Below are positions 50,396 to 61,600 of a stretch of 64,000 bases of DNA, piece after piece. Numbering within the stretch: the first letter of the stretch is position 1; every line of letters starts with the position of its first letter. The position numbers were made by a program, and so were the translations under genes. Location: NCBI GenBank assembly GCA_009859145.1, contig VRVR01000025.1, forward strand, positions 261,491-325,490, given 5' to 3'. The stretch comes from Andalucia godoyi And28 (taxonomy: Eukaryota; Protista; Jakobida). The notes beneath the pieces were generated by a model. The model was given only the letters and a program-made list of their open reading frames with translations, was not told where the DNA came from and did no database searches.

Positions 50396-52681
50396 CTACA
50401 TAGGGTTTTGTCTCCTTAGAAAAAGCCGAGAACCACCGGTCTCTTTCACTGTCCATAAGCGCTGCAACGCCGTTTCCAAACAGTCGTGTAGCCACGTATC
50501 TCCCCAAAGGAAATGCACGTCATACCTCAAATCTTTGCATCGTTTTTCGTGTTCTGAAAGAACTTTCCCATGCTTACGAATCGAAGTGAGAGGGATCTCA
50601 GACTTCCCGGCCTGTTGTTGGAGCGTCCTGAGAGCATTCTCAACAGCTGAGCTGGTTGTAGTGATCACCAACTTTCCTAGGCAGACATCGACATCAGGAA
50701 TTGTGCGTAAAAGAGCACCAAGTACCTGCGCCATACCCTTTTCAGCTTTCGCGATTGCAACTGCAATATAGGGAGAACTTTTTTGAGGAGGATTGTCACG
50801 ATGGGTCTCTGGATCACCGCCATCCATTTTCACGGACGACTTTTTCCCTTTGCACTGCCAGGCATTAATTTCAATTAGGGAATCCGATAATTTTCTCAGT
50901 ACGAGACCGTCGATGCCTATTTCGTTTTCCCATTTGAGCACGACGTTTGTGTACTGATTAACATCATCCATTCCCAGCAGTAGATCCTGATTGGATGCCT
51001 CGCGTAGCCACAGTTTGTCGTCTTTGCCGATGAATACACTGGACGAACTGTGTGATTGACACCCGCTACCAAAAATTCGGTGAATGCGTGGAAGCATCAA
51101 GTCCTCAAGGTCAAAACCTGCGTTCGTATCTGTGCCACCATGTACCATTTGGCAGACCGTGAACATGCGGACAAAGTCCAACACCGGTGGTGCGCCTTTG
51201 CTGAAATACGTCTCGGCATCACGAGGCCGTGATAGCTGCACATGCGACGCAGAGAAATTTTCATCTACCAACGTCTGCTCGACATACAACAGTCCATGTT
51301 CCACCCACTTATGAATCCAAGAGTCAGCTATCCCTTCGTCGCATCCTAGTAATCTACGCAAGTTAGCAATAGCTTCCGAGTGAGAAATGCTTACATCCTT
51401 CGGCACAAGAAAAGCTTTGCCTTTTGTTGCCCAGTGTACAATTGCTTCCTCCAGAGCAGACGACTGACGAGACACAGTCTTTCGCATCAGATTCACGAAG
51501 GCATAAAACGGTGACTCAGTATTTGAAAACTCGTAGGCAGGAGAAACCAGTCGCGGAAAATCTGGAGCTGCTGGGTCAGAAACACGGCTGTGAACCGCTC
51601 GACCGATGCCGCCAGTGAAATGCATCGCCTCGGAAACCTCTTCGTCAGAAAACTCGCGACCATACCGACACTTCATGTATGATTTGAGCTGTGCACAATC
51701 ACGTATCGCTGCCACATGGTAGTATTGACACAGGGATTTGTTGAAGTCTGCGTACCTACTGTATCTTGGGTCTCGCATACTCTCGAACAACATGGAACGA
51801 AGGTTGGCAGAAGAGCCAGTGAGGATCGCAAGTGAACCTGGGACATGTTTTGCAAAATACTCCAATTCAGCAATTGCTGCCACACAGACATCATTAGGAT
51901 CGACGACACCAGGAACGAACAAAGATTGAACTTCGTCCACTATGATTCCAACGGAGAACGGCAACTTACCAACCACCTTACGTAGATCCCAGTCTTTCAA
52001 GAGATGAACAGCGTTGTTAAGATCGTCGAGCCGGTGGCCGAACACTTGATTGAAATCACTGCCACGTTGTCGAACAAAAACCTCACGAAAGAGGAGACTC
52101 AGCCATTTCAGCGCTACAGGCCTGTCATATGGACTCTTACAGTCGACATAGACGAGAAAAAAAGTACTAGAACATGCCGCCACCGCCACCGCCAGAGCTT
52201 TCACAATTGTTGTCTTTCCAGTTCCCTCAACACCATCAATAATCGCATGATCCGTATCGAAACTCCTCTCTCGATTCCATTCCCTTTGCAAAACCATGCG
52301 GACGAGCTGGGTCAATAAGTCGGACAGCATGGAATTGCTTTGCTCGTAGATTGGAGGCAAGTACAATGGATGGTCGATCGATAATGTTCGCATCGCTGCC
52401 CATACTGACCGGAACGTCGCTAACACTTCTTTGAATAGGAACACTCGCTCCTCGATCAATACATGTGGAAGGACAAGAAGTTTCTGATACACCGCTCGCG
52501 CATCTCGACACACCGCCAAAACGCCCTGCAATTCGCTGGTCACATTGTACGATTCCGGAGTTTGAGCGACTGCGTGTTGAAGAAAAAGAAGAGCGGAGGT
52601 GCTGAATGCTTCTCGGCCCAGTTGTTGATCCTCCTGCTCTGTGAGCAGGAGACCTTCCACCATAGAAGTGAGGTTGCTCAT
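50396..52681 (-). CDS. Crinkler/RHS-type (CR) P-loop NTPase fused to a C-terminal PD-(D/E)xK restriction-endonuclease-like domain
   Basis: 761 aa intact from ATG 52681. Helical N-terminus; Walker A GVEGTGKT; Walker B GIIVDEVQ; sensor AILTGSS; FTGGIGR; REase motifs AGFDLEDL, NEIGIDGLV, INAWQCKG, GKLVITTTS. Confidence 0.75.
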   Translation of the reverse strand: MSNLTSMVEGLLLTEQEDQQLGREAFSTSALLFLQHAVAQTPESYNVTSELQGVLAVCRDARAVYQKLLVLPHVLIEERVFLFKEVLATFRSVWAAMRTLSIDHPLYLPPIYEQSNSMLSDLLTQLVRMVLQREWNRERSFDTDHAIIDGVEGTGKTTIVKALAVAVAACSSTFFLVYVDCKSPYDRPVALKWLSLLFREVFVRQRGSDFNQVFGHRLDDLNNAVHLLKDWDLRKVVGKLPFSVGIIVDEVQSLFVPGVVDPNDVCVAAIAELEYFAKHVPGSLAILTGSSANLRSMLFESMRDPRYSRYADFNKSLCQYYHVAAIRDCAQLKSYMKCRYGREFSDEEVSEAMHFTGGIGRAVHSRVSDPAAPDFPRLVSPAYEFSNTESPFYAFVNLMRKTVSRQSSALEEAIVHWATKGKAFLVPKDVSISHSEAIANLRRLLGCDEGIADSWIHKWVEHGLLYVEQTLVDENFSASHVQLSRPRDAETYFSKGAPPVLDFVRMFTVCQMVHGGTDTNAGFDLEDLMLPRIHRIFGSGCQSHSSSSVFIGKDDKLWLREASNQDLLLGMDDVNQYTNVVLKWENEIGIDGLVLRKLSDSLIEINAWQCKGKKSSVKMDGGDPETHRDNPPQKSSPYIAVAIAKAEKGMAQVLGALLRTIPDVDVCLGKLVITTTSSAVENALRTLQQQAGKSEIPLTSIRKHGKVLSEHEKRCKDLRYDVHFLWGDTWLHDCLETALQRLWTVKETGGSRLFLRRQNPM

Positions 52682-52773
52682 CTGCTGGTTCCCTTTTGTC
52701 GCTGTTTCCAAAGAAATCAGAAATTCGTTGAAATTGAGCAAGAAATCACGATTTATTATAGCAGACGGGGAAA

Positions 52774-55039
52774 CAGTGGTTTCTCAAAAAATTGGCCGTC
52801 TGATGTGTCGCACGCTTGATTGCTTGAGTCTACAACTTGCTCCCGCCCTTTTTTTTCCCTCTTGCGATTTACGATATTTTATCAAGCACAAACAAAAATT
52901 AAAATTAAAAAAACAGAATTAATCATTGAAACACCAGTGAGCATGGAAAGCTCATATTTCAACATGCAGAATTCGCATGGTAACGTGCCGTTCGACCCGT
53001 TCCAAGCTTGGAACAGGGCTGTGGAACAGTCTTCGCACCCCACGTCACTTACTCCGGTTCCGCAAGTTCCCGCAGCACTTCAGCAGCACCTTATCCAACA
53101 AGGACTCTTGGCACCGGTCTCCCAAGGAAATCTCCAGCAACGGCCCCAAAGAACTTTACCAAAATTGCCCGTTGTTTGGAGGCACAATGCAGCGGAAGCC
53201 CAGTTGATGCAGAATCAGCAGCGTTCCACAGTAATCGCGACGGCCGTGTTACCTCGTGCCCAGAGCGAACAGAATCTGTATCCCATTTCACAAGATCAAT
53301 TCCCCGAACTTGGACAGACTACAATTCGAGATTTCATGTCAAGGTCTGCAAGGAAACGTCAATTGCAGGAAGCGCAACATGCACAGAAGCTCAAGGAGAA
53401 AGCAGATGAAAAGGCGGCCCTGTAAAGCGTCGAAGAGGACAAAAAAGAACAAGCAATTGCCGAGAAAACAGCAGGGCATAGAAAAGAACACCCGCCAAAG
53501 GATGAAATCTCGCAGCGCGACAAAGAGCTGTTGTGGAACAATCTGATCCTCGGAAATGCCAACATCAGAGAACTCGCAAGCGTGATGCAGCACAAGGAGA
53601 CGACACTCCGAAGAACATTTGATCGGATGCGGAAGCGACAGGAAAGAGGAGAGGATCCGCTCGAGCCAGTCGCACACGGAGCGGCGAATCCAAAGTGTCG
53701 ACGGCCGAGAACCTTCTCTGACGACCATCTTCTTTGGGCCGCACGGCAAATGGCGGTGAACAGCTCCCTCCACTACGTCGATGTGATGAAATTGCTGCAA
53801 CAACAATTCCCCGAGCTTCAAGCACTTGATCCGCATTCAAGCTCAAAAACATTGAAATATTGGATGCACGATTACTTGGGATTTCGAGCAGCTGACTTCT
53901 ACCCGGTACCAGTCAGCAGAAACTTGGCCAAGAACATCGACGCGAGATTTGACTATGCGACGACGATGATGACAGAAAAACGACGGTCTTATGACCAAGC
54001 CATCTTCATCGATGAAACCCCGTTCAACTACTGCGTCCAGCCGGTCAAAGGACTCAGCGTCCGAGGTTGTCGACCGATGCTGCCGATTGGCACACTTTCC
54101 ATTCCGAACATCACTGCAATTGTTGCAGTCAATCGCACCCGCATCGTGTACTTCGAATGCTTCACGGGAGGTGTCAATGGGATGACATACGCACTGTTTC
54201 TTCAGAATCTGTTCAAGGAACTCACCTCCAAGGGCGAATTGCCACGGCAAGATGGGGCTCGACAGCTGATTCTTCAGGACAACTGCGCATTTCACAAGAC
54301 CAGCATCGTGCAGTCTGTCATTCCGCAAGATGTGGAACTAGGCTACATACCTGCATATTCGCCCTTCCTGGATCCATGCGAAGAAGTCTTCAGTATCTGG
54401 AAGTACTACTTTTCCAGACTGCTGACGACCATTATCCCAACATCGAAAGAAAACCTCGTCGATCTCATATGCAAGTCGTACTTCGAGATCACCACCAAGC
54501 AAATCCAGGGGGCGTGGGATCATACGCTGTCGTTCTTTCACGACTGTTTGTGCCGGCTACCAATTTCGTCCCGCCGACTTCTCGATCACATTCACGCAGG
54601 TGACGACAAAGAAGCTGCAGCTATTCGCAAATTCGGAGAATGGGGCCTTGAGCAAAGACCCGGGGTTCTGCGCGGAGCCGTCGAGGCCGGCGTAGAGGCC
54701 GAAGATGATGTCACGGACGACGCTCTGCAAGAAACGGGGCATCAGCCTCCCTTTGTGTCGCTCCAGGACACGAAATCAAGCATCTCAGGTCAAGAGAAGA
54801 CCTTTCCGGACAGACAGCGTACTGGTGGTGGTGAACAAAATCATGACGATGATGACGACAAGTGAAACAGCAGATTCCCTGCGAAGATAAATTCTCCAAA
54901 AAGAAATCGAAACGAAGCATTGCCAGGCAATTTTGTACACGGGCGAATTGGCATAAAAAAGATTAAAATGTTTCAGGGAGACATGTTGTAGACTCAAGCA
55001 ATCAAGCGTGCGACACATCAGACGGCAAATGAGACACTG
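52774..55039 (+). mobile_element. IS630/Tc1-mariner DNA transposon, ~2.27 kb, with long TIRs
   Basis: Perfect 42-bp inverted repeat gccgtctgatgtgtcgcacgcttgattgcttgagtctacaac at 52795-52836 / 54985-55026. Both ends extend to the Tc1-type terminus CAGTG (52774-52778; CACTG 55035-55039), followed by TA at 55040-55041; the left flank is AA. Confidence 0.92.
52943..54865 (+). pseudogene. IS630/Tc1-like DDE transposase (DD33E) interrupted by one in-frame TAA
   Basis: Tracked ORFs 52820..53425 and 53531..54865 are in the same frame, separated only by TAA 53423-53425. Motifs AIFIDETPF, LILQDNCAFH, IPAYSPFLDPCEEVFSIWK; HTH region precedes them. Confidence 0.88.
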
Positions 55040-55668
55040 TAAGTGACAATTGCAACAATTCACCTGACTTGGGGAATGGGTTATGGATGGGTAATCGGCT
55101 TTTTGAGAAGACAGTCGCTGTCACAAGCTGTCAAGTGAAAAAAATGCACGGGCAGTCAAGGATGCAACTGCAGCGTGATGTCATCCTCGTCGCACGCATC
55201 ACCCCAGTTAAGCTGCTCTCGCAGATCGGAGCCGGATCCTGACGATTTCCTGCTCGGACTGAGGCAAGTCATTCGACATCTTTTTCCGTTTGCTGACACC
55301 GCTCTTGTTTGTTTACAAATGCAAAATCTTATCAGACACTATTTGAGAGTTAATAAAATAAGAAAAGAAAAAGAAAAGAGAAAAGTCCAGAAAGATCAAA
55401 CTCCGGGTTTTTGCCCAGATGGTGTGGGCACCGCCGGAACCTGGATCGGTGGGTCACGGACTCATGGCCGAATGGGTGCCACTCTGGCAGCCAAATGTTT
55501 TGCTTCAAAAGGCAGGCACCGAAGTTGTTTCGGCTTCCTTCCGATCCCTTCAGGCCGTCACCTTCGTTCATCTACTTCCTCTCCCATTTTCTCTTCTTCA
55601 AGTATACAAATCGTAAAGCTCCTCGCAATTTCAGGACAGCGTCTTTTTAAGGAGTGCCTTCATCAGTT

Positions 55669-58600
55669 ATGGATAAACCACGTAGGATGGACAATACCTC
55701 CTCTTCCTCCTCTTCCTCTTCTGCGATTCCCAGTAACCCTTCTTCAAGTGGTGATGTTCGTGCGCGCCGCGAGCGCCCAATTTTTCCCAGCCGTGATTCT
55801 GCTGTCCGGGACTCTGACCTCCATCGTCCAAATTCATCTTCTTCGGTGCGAGTCCCCTTAGACACTGCTGTCAATAATGCACCGGCTTTCATTCCGACGA
55901 GTGGTAGTGGCACAGAAGACGACATGATAAAGGCTTGTCGTGCAGTTGTTTCACGCGGAGCATTTGTGACGATCCAAGATCTCCGCTCGGAATTGGCGAA
56001 GCTTGGGTGGAAGATTGGTTCCAAGAATTTGCATCGTCCTATGTTTGAGAAGCTGCTCTGCCTTGAGAAGTGGTTGCAGAAAATTGATGAAAGCATTCCA
56101 TGTATCTTTCTGGGATCGCATTTTCTGACATTGTATGATATGGAGATAGCGATTCGAAGCCTCCCCGAGTTTAAGAGTGGCAAAATCAATCCATTTGATC
56201 TTTTTGGGAGTCTGGTTCATCATCCACAAATCAAAGCGATGATCTCGAAGGGTGACGTTATCCTAGATCCGATTTGGCAGCGCGAGGGATGGTATCCACC
56301 TGTTCACGGTTATGAGACCATCGAGAACATTTTGTCCAAATTTTTTGAGGCCTGTCGCCGGAAGCGGTCAGAAACGAGGGATTTGAATGCAAAACTGGAT
56401 GATGCTGAGATCGTCTCTGTTTGCACAGATGGTCTTGATGAGTTCGCCGCAAGTCATTTGCCATCGTACCCGGGCATGAAAGAGCGACTGTCCAGGTCTG
56501 GAGAGCCCTTTTTCTCCCATAAACACGTTGGCGGAATCACGCGTTATCGTAGATGGCCGATTGTTACAATTGGTATCATGCGTACTGGCCGTGATATTTG
56601 GAAGAAGGATCTCCTCGAAATTCAAAGCCTTTTATCTTCTCGTAGGCAAGAGTATCAGTCACTCACTTCCGCCGCTCAGGATATGCTCAGGAACTTGTCG
56701 AGGACTGTCCAACTGGGTGAGTCTCCTGTCGAAATGATGGGAATCACTCGAAAGTTCGTTTCGAATTTATTGGCGAAGCACTTGAAAACAGTTACAGAGT
56801 CTTCTCATCGACCGAAAAAACACAATTCAGACACAAGACATGCAATTAACAGAATTCTTGAATCAGAAACGTTTGCGACATGCATCTCTTCGGTGTTAAT
56901 GCCTCTTATTCTTGTCGCTGGAAAAAATTGGCTCTCAGCAACAGCATCTGCAGGGAAGGATTCGACCGATGCCATCTCGGAGTTCTGTGTTCTAGCTGTC
57001 GTTTTACCTGAAGACTTATTCCCGAAGTTGGACTCTTTGTTTAAACGTTTCCGAGTCCGAATCGACAAGTTACGTAATCTTGATGAATCACGACAAGAGT
57101 CCGGTAACCGGACACTTTGTTTGCGTATGATTTTGTTTGAATTTCTGGAAGCTTTGCAAGAGGCGTACATCAAGTTGTCGAATGGCTCTCGTTTCCCCTC
57201 TATTTGGGCATTCTTGCAAGAAGGCATTGGCAGGGATGTTTTTATCGAAAATGTGTTCGAGATTTTCCGATCGTGTTTGTCTTTGCAGGACAATTTGCGT
57301 ACCAAAACCGCAGATGCACCTTTTACCGACGGATCACCATTTATTGAGGATGATGATCGTGCTGGATTAGGATCTGTTGTTCAAGACGAGATTCTTGTAG
57401 ACACCTTACGATACCAATTTTCTGTTTTGACGAACAATCCTCCAGATTTCAATCTGTTTCCTAGTTCCGGAACGTCCTTGCATCGGCTTTTTTCTATCTT
57501 GGCGGACATTGAAGTTGACGTATCTAGTCGATTTTCCAAGACTGCCTCTTCCTTCAGTCAGTTGTGCAACCTCTCTTTTGTTAAGTTTCTCGTTGATCAT
57601 TTCGCTGAGCTGTCTCCAGATCTCGATAGTTTCGCTAGCGAAGTAGTTCATGTTCCTCTGAGCAGCGTTTTTCAGCGAACGGATTGTTTGAGTATCGGCG
57701 AACAGAGGCAATCGTATATTTTAGTGAGGTTTTTGGCCTCTATTGGACGTGATAAGGCGTTTGTTACTGCCCACAAGGATGCAATTAAGCGCAGGCTCTT
57801 CGGAGAAAGGTGTTATCTGGACGATGCTGCTCAGAGAACTCTGTTTGCGGCCGTCAACAATATTTTTTCGAACAGCAGCTTGTGCGGGGCTAACGAATCT
57901 TTCAGTCAGGATTCCATCTTCATCGTGGACGCTCCGATCTTACTGGAATGCGCTCTGGAATCTTCGTCAAATTCGAATTGTATTTGCGAAATTGCAGATG
58001 ATGCAAGATTCGCATCCCAAGTAATTAAGGTGGCGGGAGACTTGCAGCGCTTTTCTGATCTCATTTGTGAACTTGCTTCGGTGCCGTCATGTGCAGATTT
58101 GTCGCTCGTAATGGATTGGGACAGATTGTTTCAGCCGCGCTTTGGGTCACTGATGGATGCGTTGTTGGAGGTGGCGTTAGCAGTTGCTCAAGATGCATGT
58201 CTTGGGAGTGCCGTCCAGAGACGTTTATTGTCCTCTCACATGTTTTTACACTTTTCCGATTCCTCTTTTGTGAAGATTCCCAAAAACAGGACCATGGAGC
58301 AATTCCAGTCTTGTGTTGAGCATTCTCTTTTTAAGGAAGCAATCGAATGTGCCATTGCTTTGACATTTTCGTTGGCAAAATCGGGCTCGACTTTCGAGAT
58401 TGCACGGGCATTGGTAACGAGTACTGCTTCTGAATTCCTGTCCAAGATTGATGTAGTGAATGCAAGCAGATTTGTCGCTGATCTGATCCTGATCTGTCCG
58501 TCGCAACTCATCATGTCCGTCGGTTATGAGATTTTTTGTTGCGCTCTCTTCTCCGCACATCCACATGGGGCAGATGAACTGGCTGATTTGGCAAGTCGAT

Positions 58601-61600
58601 CGACTTTACATGCTGTGGCATTGCAAAGTGTTTACAGGAGGACAGGTCATGTTGTATCCGCAATGGATCGATTGGATGAGGTCAGTTCACATACTTCTGT
58701 CTCGCAAATGCAACTTACGATTCTTCCAGGTCCGCAGGGTATCGTTCACGACTTGTCGCCTCAACTGCATGTCCCATCTTTATCTTTGATTGATGACCCA
58801 TTCCATTCGTCCACTCACGAGATTCCACAGCAGGATGCCCGTTTATCACAGTGTTTGGTTGGCGACGAAGTCGACTCACTCCCTTCTGCACGTCAAGTGT
58901 TAGACGACATCCGATACGGTCTTGGCGTTGGTCTGGCTCGAGATTCCAACTCACCGTTGTCTAACTTGCAATCTATGATGACTCGCGCTTTGGACAGATT
59001 GTCTGCAGGTTTGTATTCAAAACAAGTGCACTTTGTTCTCGAACTGATCCAAAATGCGGACGATAATCAGTATGAGCCACTCGTTGCACCCCGAATCTGT
59101 TTCCATCTATGTGCCAGTGAGCTCCTCGTAGAATGCAATGAAATTGGTTTTTCGAAGGAAAATGTGAAGGCCATCTGCAATGTTGGAGAGAGCAGCAAGC
59201 TAAGGCAACGCGATAAGTTTGATTCTTCCAGTGACCGAAAGATTCGCCGTATTGGGTTTATCGGTCAGAAAGGGATTGGCTTCAAATCTGTTTTCAAAGT
59301 GACTTCAACACCCATCATCCACTCACGGAACTTTCATTTCATGTTTGACTCCAAGGATCGGTCAATGGGATACATTGTTCCAATTCCAGTTGATCCTCCT
59401 ACAGACTGGCAATCTGAGATTGGATTGACGAGAATGTGTCTTCCGTTTTCTGCAGAAACAGACTTCACTCAGATCAGGACGGGTCTTGACGAGATGGATG
59501 CTCCTTTGCTACTGTTCCTTGCGAACCTTACAGAAATTTCTATTCGTATTGACAATCGAAATGGACATTCTTATTATCGACAGATGCGAATTGATCGTTC
59601 CCGCTTGGATGATTCCGACATTATGGCAGTGTCTCAAAAGAAAACGACAGTGGATTTGAATTCACGGAACTGCGTTGCCTCCGACTTGACTGAGACAATC
59701 TGGTTAGTGAAATCTATTGTTTCTACTTGTCCGGTGCGCAGATCGCTGGATGATGATGGGTGTGACCGAGTCAGCAGCGATACTGAAATCTCGATTGCTT
59801 TCCCCATTATGGGATCTTGCACAATGGCTTCCAAATCGCACATTTCAACAAGTTCTGAAGATCAGAGCAATCGTCGACAGTATCCTGTGTTTGCTTTTCT
59901 GCCACTTCGACATTATGGTTTCCGTTTTATTGTGCAGGCCGATTGGGTGATTCCAAGTTCTCGGGAAGCTTTGGATTCTTCGTCTCCGTGGAATTGCTGG
60001 ATTCGAACCCAATTGCCGGCACTGGTTGCCAGATCAGTGGCCAATCGCGTGTCGCATGTTTTTGAGTCGTTTCGTTCAATTTCCGATTGTTCTCCGTGTT
60101 TTGACGATCTTGTTGAAGAAGCAATATCAGATGAACGAAGCCACCCTAACAGTAAGAAATCGGGAGGTAGCAGAGGCATTGATCATCCCTCCTCCCAATT
60201 CGACAAAGAGGTTCAACACTGGTCAACAATGGAATCGATTGTCGATATGCGCAAGCAAGATTCCTATCATTCTATGTGCGAGATCCTTTGTTTACTTCCT
60301 CTCCAAGGAGAACTTATCGAGTTCTTCCAGGGAATGGAACTCCAGGTCTTCGCAGAATGTGCAGGATTCAGAATCATTCCCTGCATCCAAGAAGATGGCC
60401 AAATTTCATTGGAACTGCCTTCTAAATGCCTTCTTCTTCCTCAAGATGACAATGTGAGCAGTTTTTTGAAGAAATGCTTACCGACTCTGCACCAACACGG
60501 GCTTTATCTTGTCGACTCAGATTTCATGTTGCCCGAAAACTACGCGAGAGCTCTGGGTGTTCACTCACTGGACGTGGCTACGTTCTCAATGCTGCTCACA
60601 GATGCCTGTCAAGATTGTGCAAGCGTCAAGAATTTCAATATTCCTCACGTTATTGATATCATTGCCGCGATGAGTCAGACGAAGACGTCTCATGATGTTT
60701 TTCGTGATAAATTGAGCAAGATTAGATTCCTACCTCTTGCTTCTGGTAGATTTTCTAGTTTTAGTGAGATCAGGGATTGCTTCTTGTGGGATGAAAGGGT
60801 GATACAACGGATTGCAAATAGCGAACATCAGCAAACGCTTTTGACTATTCTTCCAATTCTTGACTCTGAATTTTCTACTCATTGCTTGGCAAATAAGCAA
60901 GTCTCTGAATTTCTGATGAAATTGTTTAGTGTCGGAACTATTGGTGACCATTCGAGTTTCGTGTGGGTCCAATCGCATCTTTTGCTGAATCCAACTTGGG
61001 CGTGTGACGCTATTCCGACGACAGTGCTCGAATCGTTGTACAGACTTGTGGACTATCATATTCACGACGCGAATCTTTGCCGTCGCTGTTCGAGAGATGG
61101 TGGTCGACTGTTCATCAAGAATCTGATCAGCACTGGCTGTTGGTTGCCGTGCGAGACAACTGTTGGAGAAGGAAACGAAGTCGACGGAGTCTATCATGTA
61201 ACGCGTGAAAATGTATGGTGGATTTCCGCGCCGCATCAAGTGTCTGCTCGAGGATGCAAGGTTATCCGTCGCAGAAAGTGTGAATTCGCTATTCCATTGG
61301 GATTTTCTTGGACAGTTGTCTCTCCTGAAGTGCAAACTCTTGGATTCTCGGTCGAGTTACCGATCGTGGAAATGTTTGTCGTGCAGGAGAGACAAACACC
61401 ACTTGTAGTTTACATGCAGTCCTTGAAAGACTGTTTCCCTGCAACGATGCGCTCAAATCACATCATTGAACTCCTTCAACAATCAGAACGGCTGCTTAAG
61501 GATCATCCAAATTCTGTCGTGAACGATGTCTTTTCTCCAGAGTTCCTTCATGTTGTTTCGTTTGCTTGTACATCGATAGAAAACGGACAATCCCTTATGC

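Noticed and set aside
53423-53425. TAA reassigned to an amino acid (alternative genetic code)
   Set aside because: MIOX and CCDC86 end with TAA at their expected C-termini, and no conserved host gene contains an internal TAA/TAG.
43100-55100. Fanzor/TnpB RNA-guided nuclease associated with the IS630, hAT or EnSpm elements
   Set aside because: No ORF shows the RuvC pattern (DxG...E.L...CxxC...RDxNAAxN); the nuclease at 50396 is PD-(D/E)xK type.
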